In this document: positions 52,701-64,000 of the stretch, in pieces
Numbering within the stretch: position 1 is the first letter of the stretch
How the letters are laid out: each line of letters starts with the position of its first letter
Assembly (NCBI RefSeq): GCF_006345805.1
Contig: NC_042997.1
Location: forward strand, 48,298,001 to 48,362,000
DNA: 64,000 nucleotides
Source of the DNA: Octopus sinensis
Taxonomy: Eukaryota
Direction: 5' to 3'
Notes under the pieces: generated by a model
Seen by the model: the letters and a program-made list of their open reading frames with translations, nothing else
Told to the model about the DNA's origin: nothing
The model's database searches: none
Position numbers and translations under genes: made by a program

Positions 52701-54509
52701 AATTTTACTTGTTTACGCTGATATCTATGTTCAAACATATTTGGCCCTTGAGGTTCCATTCCTTGTGTATATTATGGGAAAATACCAACTATTGCCTACC
52801 TTTTATAAAACTACAGCGTGTGCTTTCAGAGTTATTTTGCTGCACAGACGTGACATGCTTTTTGACTCAACAATTAATTGTTGTTAAGTCTTGTAGAGCA
52901 ACAACTGTTTACTAAATGGCAACATATGGTGGACAATTGTCAACCGCTCGTGCTTACACACCTGCAAAATACGATGAAGAAACTAATTAATGTAAAAAAT
53001 GTGGGAACAGCTAATAGAATGAGTTATCAAAGTTTGAAGTGGCATAAACGTTCATTTTGAAAACAATAAAGATGGAGGTCGTCTCACATTAATTACCATG
53101 GTTATTGTTGAAAATACAAAAGCTACAGTCTGAAATAGTTTCTTTTTCAATGAAAAGTTACATCGACAAGCACTTATCGTTACTATTAACAATATCCTCA
53201 TGTGTTTATGTTAATTTCAGATTCTTAAATTAATAATTATGCAATTTTCTATATTTAAATTTTTTCACAGTGTTATTATTTATTTAGTTAAAGTGTTTAG
53301 CAATAGATATTTATAACAAACGTTAGTATTCCGAAGACAGAACATTATTTTCTTTCACTTTCAAATATTGAAAATGTTACTGTTCATATACAAAATTTTT
53401 ATCAAAATCATCCGAATTTAACTGAAAGTATTATGTAAAGATTATATGATAAAATCAAAGAAAATACATTAGATCAGAGTTTTTAAATATACGTTAAAAA
53501 TTGTTCTTTAGGTAAAATGCTATTTTCATTTTGAAATGATAAGTTGATATAACTAGCATCTTTTACCTTCGGAGGATTGATGACATTCAATCGAATAAAA
53601 TATAATAGTTATATAACCGAAAGAGACCCAATATCCAAATATTGAATGCAGACCAGGAAAATAGTCAAAACATAACTGAGTTCAGATTTATGATGCAGCG
53701 TAGCTATTTCGTCGTGAATCACTTCGATCAATATTCAGTAGCGAACGTAATCACGTGTAATGTATATTTCCAATTCGTGTCAGGTGTTAACGCAGTATTA
53801 AAGATTAGAGCAACCATTAGCTGAAGGCTGAATAGTGCGACATTAATCATATATGATTAGTTAACAAAGGCAGTAATCTCACTCGTCAACGTTTCAATGC
53901 GAATTGAACCAGCTTTTGTTCGCAGATCAGTTTAAATATTCAATCGTGACCCGTGTTGATGCCACTAATGCGTGTATTTTTCTTTTGCCTTTCTAAGTGC
54001 TCTCTCGAAGATTGGCGCAAGATCAGATCATTTCAAATGTTTCATTCCGCTCAATCTGAATGTAGCTCATTCTCTCAGTGGGCAGAAGAAATTCGCTACT
54101 TTCATCAATGAAAGAACATTCTGTACATTTTTATCAAATTCTCTTGTCTGCCCATTCAAAATCCATAAAACATTTATACCCTGCTGCTCATGTTTGGATG
54201 CATGCATTCATGTATGCATGTAGTTACGTTTATGTATGTATGTATGTATGTATGTATATATGTATGTCAACATTGTTTCTGCGTACTTTCTTTTTGTTAT
54301 CCTCTTCCAAACCGTTTTGACCACCTGATGGAAAGATGATATCTGGAATATATTCTCTTACACTTGGCAATAATGTGCTTGATGTTTTCTGTCTCGGTCT
54401 TGCAATGTTTACATGTATGTATGTATGTATGTATGTATGTATGTATTTATGTATGTATGTATGTATGTATGTATGTATGTATGTATGTATGTAGGTAGGT
54501 ATTTGGGAA

Positions 54510-55300
54510 AGTCAAACTAATGCTTACTTCTGTGCCAGGACAAACATATTCTGAACCAAGCAGTTTTGTGAATGGAACAAGGTTAGAAGTCATTGACACC
54601 TTTGTTTACAGTCTTTATACCTTTTCCTCAGCTTATGTTGTGGTCGCTTACCAGAGGTGAGCTCACCATAAAAAAGGCGCTTTGGCAATCGTTCATCTTT
54701 CATTCTAATAACATTTCCAGTCCATCTCATTTGAGCCAAGATAGCATGTTATTCGATTGAGTTACAACGTGCCATGCGCAAAACCTCTGTATCGGGTCAA
54801 GAGATGGAGATCTGATGCAGAGATATGCTATCGAATAGGGATAGGAAGTATAGCGTTTGGAAAGCCTGAAAACGAGTATGGGCGGACAGAGGCATTTCTC
54901 TGCAGACAAAAATCAGTGTCTATAAAACGTGTGTATTGACTGCATTTCCTTATTCGAGTGAGAAATGGACCACTTGCAGGCGTCAAAATGAAAATGCTGG
55001 AGAGATTTCATCAAAAGTGCCTCGGACATATCTTGGGAGTCAACTGGTAATGTTTCATACCAGATACAAAGGTTCTGTGCATGGCACGTTGTAACTCAAT
55101 CGAATAACATGCTGTCTTGGCTCAAATGAGATGGACAGCACATGTTAATAGAATGAAAGATGAGCGATTGCCAAAGCGCCTTTTTTATAATGAGCTCACC
55201 TCTGGTAAGCGACCACAACAGAAGCCGAGGAAAAGGTATAAAGACTGTATGAAGGATAAGCTGAAGAAACTGGATATGAAGAAAAGTGATTGGGGCATTA
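54510..55300 (+). mobile_element. Degraded RTE-clade LINE 3' fragment
   Basis: AQMRWTAHVNRMKDERLPKRLFYNELTSGKRPQQKPRKRYKD (55117-55353), with upstream LERFHQKCLGHILGV. Confidence 0.85.
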
Positions 55301-55349
55301 CCACGCGGTGGATTTTGGTCAATTCTTTTTTTTATAAGAAATCAATTAA

Positions 55350-55457
55350 TTAGTTAATTAATAATAATGAAGGGAATTAGTTAATTAATAATAATGAAGG
55401 GAATTAGTTAATTAATAATAATGAAGGGAATTAGTTAATTAATAATAATGAAGGGAA
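55350..55457. repeat. 27-bp minisatellite, 4 perfect copies
   Basis: (ttagttaattaataataatgaagggaa)4. Confidence 0.92.
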
Positions 55458-56500
55458 CTAAAATCAGTGCATATGATTTTATTGGCAGAAGATCTTCTTC
55501 AACTAGAACTACATATAAATACACACACACACACATATATACATATATGTAATTGTGAATGTTTTTGTATGTGAGTGTGTGTGTGTGTGTGAATGCGTGC
55601 GCACATGCGTGTTTGTATTCTTATGTGCGCGTGTGAACGAGAGTCTGTATTCGTGTATGGATGAATGTGTATGCGTATATGTGTGAAGTTAGTTTAATCA
55701 TTTATAAGTAATCAAATCTGTATTTTTTTTTCTGATATAATTTTTCTGCAGGGTCACTAATGTCTATTGATAAAAAACTTAGCTGTCGAACGACTTTTCA
55801 CTAACTGCTGTTCAAAAACGTAAAAGCTTCAAATTTCTGGCCTCGTACCGAATCAAATGTTAAACTGCCTTTCCGGTAATATCATCAACATAATGTGAAA
55901 ATTCCATACATAATTTTGAGTCTTTTATTTATGTAATCAATATATGATTCTTTCAAACGCAAATATTACTATTTACGTCAGTTGCTTTCGCCAAAAATAC
56001 CAGTAACTCACTGACTAAAAGATTTAAAGTAAGCTACCAATTATGTTGTACAAAGAATATACCAAGACAAGACTTAAATCAGGATAAAAAAGAATTCTTG
56101 ACAGCACTTTGATGTGGGATATGTATTTTCTTTCGTTGTGGAATAGAGTAGGATACAGAAACGAGAACTCACATGTAAATATCCGGTTCATGATTAAAGG
56201 AAATGGTGAGTGGAATCCATATTTACTTTGGATGTATGCCAAACACTCAACTTATTAGTGATAAGACACACAACTCCATGCGTGAGTGTTTAAAAGAATG
56301 TATGCTCAACTTGACATACATACACACACTCACGCACATATTATACACACACACATACGCACGCGGGCGCACACACATATTGAGACATATATGTATATAT
56401 ACATACTTACATATAAATATATCCATATATACTTACGTATACATATTATATGTGTATGTATATATATATTATGTATATATATGTATATACATATATTTAA

Positions 56501-56531
<31 letters not shown>

Positions 56532-56614
56532 CATATATATATATATATATATACATACATATATATATACATATATATATGTATATATATATACATAATA
56601 TATTTATATATATT

Positions 56615-56665
<51 letters not shown>

Positions 56666-56666
<1 letters not shown>

Positions 56667-57182
56667 GTAAAAGCAATTAAGATTCAAGTGTGTTCTGTTG
56701 AATTCACATGAATGCGGTACTTAACTTAGATGCACCAGGAATCTATATGGTGTTAACCATAAGATAATGCGGGGTGATTATAAACAAGAAAAAAGCAACA
56801 AAAATGGATCAATATTTCGGTACAATTGTTCGTACGAAGACAAGCTTTATTAAGGCTACAAATATTGCAGTAAATATAAGTGACGCGTACTCATCAGCCG
56901 AAAAAACATCTGAGTTCTCCAACCATCTAAGGGGTGATGTTACACTCATGAAACATCAGGGATAGTTCTATAAAAATAAGATTTAGATAACAAATGGACT
57001 TCTAAAAGTCCTTTTAGTGTTGCACAGTCATATAACGGGTTTTAAAAAAGTATTTTAAAAAACCTCTTAGTTTTCCAGAAAATGAAAATGAAAATGTAGA
57101 TGTAAATCCATCCATATTGAAGAAAGTTTGATTTCTGGAGATATGAGGAGAGGTATGATACTCACAGAATATGTATTTATCC

Positions 57183-57183
<1 letters not shown>
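56666..57183 (-). mobile_element. Diverged single copy of the F4 element
   Basis: aaagcaattaagattcaag...ggtacttaacttagatgcacc...gggtgattataa aligns to 62617-62900; bounded by (TA)n on both sides. Confidence 0.75.
56815..56903 (-). ncRNA. Type I hammerhead ribozyme with extended stem II (F4, diverged copy)
   Basis: tttcgg CTGATGA gtac...gtac GA acaattgt A ccgaaa. Stem I covaries with the 62-63 kb copies; one A of GAAA is missing. Confidence 0.68.
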
Positions 57184-57226
<43 letters not shown>

Positions 57227-57240
57227 TATATATATATATA

Positions 57241-57277
<37 letters not shown>

Positions 57278-57782
57278 TATGTATGTATATATATATACAA
57301 TATACATAGTAGAACATCCATCAGAACTTGGATGCGTTGTGTATACTGCTTTACACCGCTGGAAAAGTCCACTTAGAAGGAATCTTAGATGTTATAAAAA
57401 AATATCCAGGTTAATTTAGAGTTTCTTCACGAGATACTAATAGCTTCATGCGATGGAAACGATTTAGACAGCATTTTATGACACGCCTGGTGTATAACAT
57501 GTATTTTCGCTTCTATCGTCCTGTTTAGAATAGTATTTTCCATGTGAACATAGCGTGAATGTTGCATGAAGCCCCCAGACGTGTTATACAATGCTTTCTG
57601 AGTTAATTTTATCGCATGAAACTACTGTTAGCTCATTAAAATATATACTGTGTTTATTAAACAATGTCTATCTCTCACCAGATGGAGTATATTTTTGTTG
57701 ATTTACTTTCACGGAACAGCATACTATATATATATATATATATAATATATAATATATATATATATATATACACAAACATACA

Positions 57783-57827
<45 letters not shown>

Positions 57828-58099
57828 ATAGAAATATATATATATATAATATATATATATTATATAATATATATGTGTGTGTGTGTGTGGGTGTGTGTGT
57901 GTGTCTGTGTGTTGCAGCAGTTTATTTTCATGTGAAGTTATAATAAAAATAAATTTACATAATACTGAATGAGTACTCAATACTTTATGTGAGGTACATA
58001 TTATTTTTCCACAAGAATATGGAGTGTCTTTGAAAGTTGTAGTATGCCAAGACATCATCGGAGAGTCCGTTGATGACTTAGTGCCTTATGTGTGTATCC

Positions 58100-58178
<79 letters not shown>

Positions 58179-58331
58179 GTAGATAGATATATAGATATAC
58201 AGATAGATAGGTAGATAGATATATAGATAGACGGATAGATAGATAGATAGATAGATATATAGAGAGATAGATAGATAGATAGATAGAGAGATAGAGAGAT
58301 AGGTAGATATATATTATATTATATAGATAGT

Positions 58332-58367
<36 letters not shown>

Positions 58368-58485
58368 GATTATATATATATAATATATATCTATCTATGT
58401 ATCTGTCTATCTATCTATCTATTATCTATCTCTATCTATCTATCTATCTATCTATCTAATATATATATATATATATATATATTAT

Positions 58486-58560
<75 letters not shown>

Positions 58561-58580
58561 GATAGATAGACAGATACATA
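58100..58580. repeat. Compound (GATA)n/(TATC)n/(TA)n microsatellite block
   Basis: Direct reading; the orientation switches internally. Confidence 0.9.
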
Positions 58581-58881
58581 GATAGATTCAAGGATCGAGG
58601 TGTAGAAAGTATGTGAGCCTAAAGCAACCTGTGTAAAAAATATAAAAAACACTTTCTGGAACATTAGTGGTTTATTGAGGCGGAAGGTTGTGAATTTTTT
58701 CCGTATCGAAGATCGATGAGTTGAAAAAAATTTTATATTTCACGGTTGGCAACCATTGTTGCCAGGTATGCGAATAAAAATACAAGAGATAAGGAATGGA
58801 ATAGGTAAATTCCGGGATACATATGTTTCATCGCGAGTGGAACCTCTGCAGAATAAATAGTCTAGCGCGGTATATAGCGCA

Positions 58882-59508
58882 TCATCCAGTGATTGCATCA
58901 TCCATACTCTCAACAATACGCCCTTAGATATGGTTTCTGATTACAAATATCTTGGGTCATATATATCATCATCTGGAAAAGACTTTCTAACTAGAAAGGG
59001 TATGGCCTGGTAAGCCTCTAATGACATGCATAAGATCTGGTCATCAAATCGAAGTAGAGACTTCAAACTTGAAATCTTCAAAGCCACAGTCGAACCAATT
59101 CTACTACATGGCTCAGAAACCTGGATGTTATCAAAGAAGCTTGAGAGGCGGTTGGATGGAACCTACAATCGCCTCCTTATGAGAGCTCAAAATCTCTCGT
59201 GGAAGCGCCATCCAATCAAAATGAAAATATATGGGAAACTACCACCTGTGTCACCTCTTGTGAAAGGTAGGAGAGTCCAGTTTGCTGGACATTGTTGTAG
59301 GGCTGAAAAAGAGTTAATTTCTACTCTTCTCCTCTGGAAGCCATCTCCTCGCAATACCAGAGGGCTCACACTCTCCTAACCTGATGTAATCTCCAGGGAT
59401 ACAGGCATCCAGCAACAGGACCTCCGTAATGCCATGACGGACCGTGAAGTCTGGCGTAGCATGGTAAATTCCATTGTCTCGACCACGGTCGAACAATGAT
59501 GACTGATG
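58882..59508 (+). mobile_element. 5'-truncated RTE-clade LINE with 10-bp target-site duplication
   Basis: DYKYLGSYI...KLEIFKATVEPILLHGSETW...RRVQFAGHC; (TGA)-type tail; ATATAGCGCA at 58872-58881 and 59509-59518. Confidence 0.9.
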
Positions 59509-60170
59509 ATATAGCGCAGGCTACCCTTTAGGCCGAGGGTATCTTGATAAAATGAAGTTTACGTTTTCGTTAGGAGACCCATGTTAAGACACGGTTTTTA
59601 CCTACTTCATTCCTTAATTCTTGGATTATATATACATGTCGTCTGTTGCGTTCTTGTAAGGATATATATATATATATATATATGTCTGTGTATGTGTGTG
59701 TGTGTATGTGTGAATTTGTGTCCTGGTTGAGAGTTCTAAGGAGAGGTAGTTAAAGGCAAGTGGGTTAAATTTCGACTATTAAATAATGGTGTGATTGAAT
59801 CTTTGGAGTCGTGTATAGTCTATTCAAAGTAAAACATTCTAGTTAGCAACAGTAGAAAAAAATATGAGAAAAAAAACCTATGTTAGATAAAATAAAATTG
59901 GTTCATTCCAGATGTTCACAAAACTAAACAAGGAGACAAAGCAAAACAACGAAGTAAATCTTTGGAAGAATAACTCCAGCATCAACAACAATAGAAAGCG
60001 AAGCCAAATTCACAGCTGCTATTTTTGAAGTGAATTCACTCATGTTGAGTGATTGCGCTGTGTTTGGCTTGGGAAGAATTTCTATGTAAAGATCAGATGA
60101 CCGGAGTTTGCATGGAGTTAGACGATTGAGATAGATAAGAAAGTAAATAAGAAAATAGAAAGACACATAA

Positions 60171-60271
<101 letters not shown>

Positions 60272-60492
60272 AATAAAAAGAAATAGTACAAGATTGATGA
60301 TAAAGACTACATAAGTAAAGACAAAATAGCAAAAAGATAGATAAATAAAACAATAATAGTAGATTTAGTGTTAGAAATAGCGTCGTTTTCAGTTGAATGT
60401 TAGCTTGATGTTGTGTGCTTATTACAACATTCACACACATATTTAAGCTATATCGTCTCTGCCACTTCACTTTCTCCCACCACTATTATAAG

Positions 60493-60528
<36 letters not shown>

Positions 60529-60669
60529 ACACACACATAAGACTAATACACACAGACATATAGATACACATAAATACATTTACATAACTATTCTCTGTTT
60601 ATATTTTATATCACCCTTTATATCTGACCCAGACATTTACTCCCACAGATGTACGTACGAACGTATGTA

Positions 60670-60718
<49 letters not shown>

Positions 60719-61348
60719 TATACATATACATATATATACATATACATATACAAATATGTACATATATATATATATACATATAATATGTATATGTATATAT
60801 ATGCATATATTTATACGTACATATCTATACATGGATATAGATATACATATATATACACATGGACATATATTTATATACATATATAAATATAAACATTTGT
60901 AAATATATATATACACATATATGTGTATTTATATATACATACATATATACATGCTTAAGCATATGTATAAGGCAGACACAGGAACATACACATACAACAC
61001 ACACTCACACTACACACACAGCACACACTACACACACAGCACACACACACCACACACTCACACCACATGCGCGCGCGTGGACATATATATTTACATACAG
61101 AAAGTCAAAGTGAGAGAATCAAGTATAGTGACAGTAAAAAGGAGAACGGGAGATTAGTAGAGAGCGCGGAGACGCCCGCATCTACAAACGTAAATGTATA
61201 ATCTCTAGCTCAGCACTTACTCATTCTTTTGTTCAATAAATACGAAGGACTCATAATCACATAAAAACACACGAACATGTATATTAGTGATATATCAAAT
61301 GAACAAGTACCAATTTTTAAAATACGTTTAGTCGAGTAACTGCATATA

Positions 61349-61733
61349 TGGAAGCACTCCGTCGGTAACGACGATGAGGGTTCCGGTTGATCCGAATCAA
61401 CGGAACAGCCTGCTCGTGAAATTAACGTGTAAGTGGCTGAGCACTCCACAGACACGTGCACCCTTAACGTAGTTCTCGGGGATATTCAGCGTGACACAGA
61501 GAGTGACAAGGCCGGCCCTTTGAAATACAGGTACAACAGAAACAGGAAGTAAGAGTGAGAGAAAGTTGTGGTGAAAGAGTACAGCAGGGATCACCACCAT
61601 CCCCTGCCAGAGCCTCGTGGAGCTTTTAGGTGTTTTTGCTCAATAAACACTCACAACGCCCGGTCTGGGAATCGAAACCGCGATCCTATGACCGCGAGTC
61701 CGCTGCCCTAACCACTGGGCCATTGCGCCTCCA
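61349..61733 (-). mobile_element. tRNA-derived SINE family A
   Basis: Nearly identical reverse complement of 30601-30984. Confidence 0.9.
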
Positions 61734-61957
61734 CTACTGCATATATATAACACACACTAACATGCTTACATACATTGTTTTATTTAACAATTGCATTTAC
61801 AAAATGTATTTGTCTTTACATAACTTCCTTTTATCGCTCTTAACACCTCTTTCTTTCTCAATCTTTATGTTGATACATGTATGTGTATATTGTTGTTTAC
61901 ATGTATGTATGTATTTATGCATATATGTACGTATGTAATTATGTGTGTATGTAAATA

Positions 61958-62100
61958 GCGGCGAGCTGGCAGAATTCTTAGCTCACTCGTCAAAATGCTT
62001 ATTGGTATTTCTTCTGTCCATACGTTCGGAGTGGAAATTCCACAGAGATCAACCTTGCTTTTCGTTCATTCGTTGTCGATAAAATAAGTACCAGTGAGAT
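61958..62100 (+). mobile_element. SINE family C 5' part (degraded)
   Basis: gcggcgagctggcagaa...gtcgataaaataagtaccagt. Confidence 0.7.
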
Positions 62101-62325
62101 AAGAGCATAAAAATTGCACCCCTTTGCCAAGCCATGTAGAACCAGTGTGCAAGAGTAGAGTCATCAAACTAATGTCGCAAGCACAAGTACACAACCTCCT
62201 CTGAGACCGTGGTTGGCGAAGACAATATACTGCTATCGTCGTCCTGCAGTGGACTGAAAGTAGGCAATCCGAATTCAAATCCAATCCATATCTGAATTGC
62301 TTGTGTATGTATATATAGGGGCAGG

Positions 62326-62471
62326 CGTGACCCTCTAGTAAGAAGTTTGCTTCCTAATCACACGATTCTGCGTTCAGTCTCAGTGTGTGACAGTTTTGAC
62401 AAGTGTAAGTTCGTACCGACCAATCTCTTGCGAATGTATTCGGCAAGCGGAAACTGAAAGAAGTGCTTATC

Positions 62472-62536
<65 letters not shown>

Positions 62537-62580
62537 GGTGCCCCAGCATGGCCCAGCTCAAGAGCTGAACTGGAAAACAT
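62326..62580 (+). mobile_element. Degraded SINE family B
   Basis: gcaggcgtga...agaagtttgcttcc...ggaaactgaaagaag-(TA)n-ggcggtgccccagcatggcc. Confidence 0.7.
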
Positions 62581-62767
62581 AACATAATATATAATATATA
62601 TATATATATATATATACAAAAAGCAATAAAGATTCAAGTTAATTTAAATGAATTTACTTGAATATGGTACCTAACTTAGATGCACCAAAAAAAAACTATA
62701 CTGTTTTAACAATACAGTAATGTGGGGGTGATTATAAGCGAGAAAGAAGCAACAAGAATGGATATGT

Positions 62768-62858
62768 TTTTAGTACAATCGTTTCATACAAGGACAGGCT
62801 TTATTAAATGTTGCAAAAATTACAGCATATAAACGCGTCCCGTACTCATCAGCTAAAA
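62768..62858 (-). ncRNA. Type I hammerhead ribozyme with extended stem II (F4, mirror arm)
   Basis: Reverse-complement copy of 63659-63752 with an intact CTGATGA...GAAAC...GTA core. Confidence 0.75.
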
Positions 62859-63658
62859 TACATGTGAGTTCTCTAGACATCCTAGTGGTTGAGGCTATAC
62901 TCATGAAGTAATGTAGATAATTAAGTAACATAAACAGATTTCCAAAGTTCATTAAAGTTCTTAAAGATGATGTACAGTCTTATCACAGAATTTTAAAAAG
63001 TTTTAATAGTATCACAGAGAAGGTGACCTAATCCATAGTGCACATATGAATTCCAGAGATATGAGGAGGGATTACATACTCACAGACGACAAATTTATCC
63101 ATTGTTAATCACAACGAGGTGGGTCTCAATTCCTGCTTATTAGCATTACAGAGAGGGTGAATTAATCCTTTGTATAGATGCAACATTTCCAATGGTGTAG
63201 ATGTAAATTTCAGAGAAATGAAGAGGAATTTCATATTCACAGGCGATAAATTTATCAATGATAAATTTATCGCCTGTGAATATGAAATTCCTCTTCATTT
63301 CTCTGGAAATTTACATCTACACCATTGGAAATTGTGCATCTATACAAAGGATTAATTCACCCTCTCTGTAATGCTAATAAGCAGAAATTGAGATCCACCT
63401 CGTTGTGATTAACAATGGATAAATTTGTCGTCTGTGAGTATGTAATCCCTCCTCATATCTCTGGAAATTCATATGTGCACTATGGATTAGGTCACCTTCT
63501 CTGTGATGCTATTAAAACTTTTTTAAATTCTGTGATAAGACTGTACATCATCTTTAAAGAACTTTAATGAACTTTGGAAATATGTTTGTTACTTAATTAT
63601 CTACATTACTTCATGAGTATAGCCTCAACCACTAGGATGTCTAGAGAACTCACATGTA

Positions 63659-63752
63659 TTTTAGCTGATGAGTACGGGACACGTTTATATGCTGTATGTA
63701 ATTTTTGCAACATTTATAAAGCCTGTCCTTGTATGAAACGATTGTACTAAAA
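63659..63752 (+). ncRNA. Type I hammerhead ribozyme with extended stem II (family F4)
   Basis: ttttag CTGATGA gtacgggac...gtccttgtat GAA acgattgt A ctaaaa: 6-bp stem I, long stem II, near-palindromic stem III. Confidence 0.75.
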
Positions 63753-63809
63753 ACCTATCCATTCTTGTTGCTTCTTTCTCGCGTATATATAATATATATA
63801 TATCTATAT

Positions 63810-63965
63810 ATATATATGTGACTCTTTCATTTTCTTCTTGCCAAATCCATTCGCAAGAGATTGGTCGGCACGAACTTACACTAGTCGAAACTGTCACGCA
63901 CTGAGACTGAACTCGGAATCCTGTGGTTAGGAAGCAAACTCCTACTAGAGAATTACGCCTGCCCC

Positions 63966-63966
<1 letters not shown>
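63810..63966 (-). mobile_element. Degraded SINE family B 5' part
   Basis: Similar to the reverse complement of 62326-62470. Confidence 0.65.

Positions 63967-64000
<34 letters not shown>

Larger units (their letters stand above)
62617..63782. mobile_element. F4 hammerhead-bearing element forming a head-to-head palindrome (arms 62738-63257 and 63259-63782)
   Basis: Centre aggcgataaatttatca-a-tgataaatttatcgcct. The arms are roughly 95% identical by eye with true substitutions. The left copy continues to 62617 and abuts (TA)n. Confidence 0.85.

Noticed and set aside
50130-53200. Microsatellite-poor tract possibly a decayed DNA transposon (Harbinger-like AYP and C..LHN words)
   Set aside because: The motifs are too short and not reliably collinear; needs a translated search.

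Overview
AT-rich, microsatellite-dense eukaryotic non-coding DNA. It is most likely octopus/cephalopod, inferred from the resemblance of the SINE families and the (TA)n/(GATA)n/(TACA)n load; this was not database-checked. I found no supportable host exon, and most of the supplied ORFs are microsatellite artefacts. The window is a layered collection of transposon remnants: three tRNA-type SINE families, CR1-like, RTE and L1/Tx1 LINE fragments, a fossil Helitron, Helentron-type non-autonomous elements, a mariner MITE and many Penelope-like element (PLE) pieces. The main signal is about 11 type I hammerhead-ribozyme-like motifs from at least 5 sequence families. They show compensatory base changes between copies, a U3-A8 core variant and long-stem-II variants. 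Three loci are head-to-head fold-back palindromes with little or no spacer: about 2.95 kb centred at 45527/45528, about 1.05 kb centred at 63258, and about 0.11 kb centred at 6556/6557. The 3' ends of these elements mostly point outward into (TA)n tracts. All alignments and identities were judged by eye.
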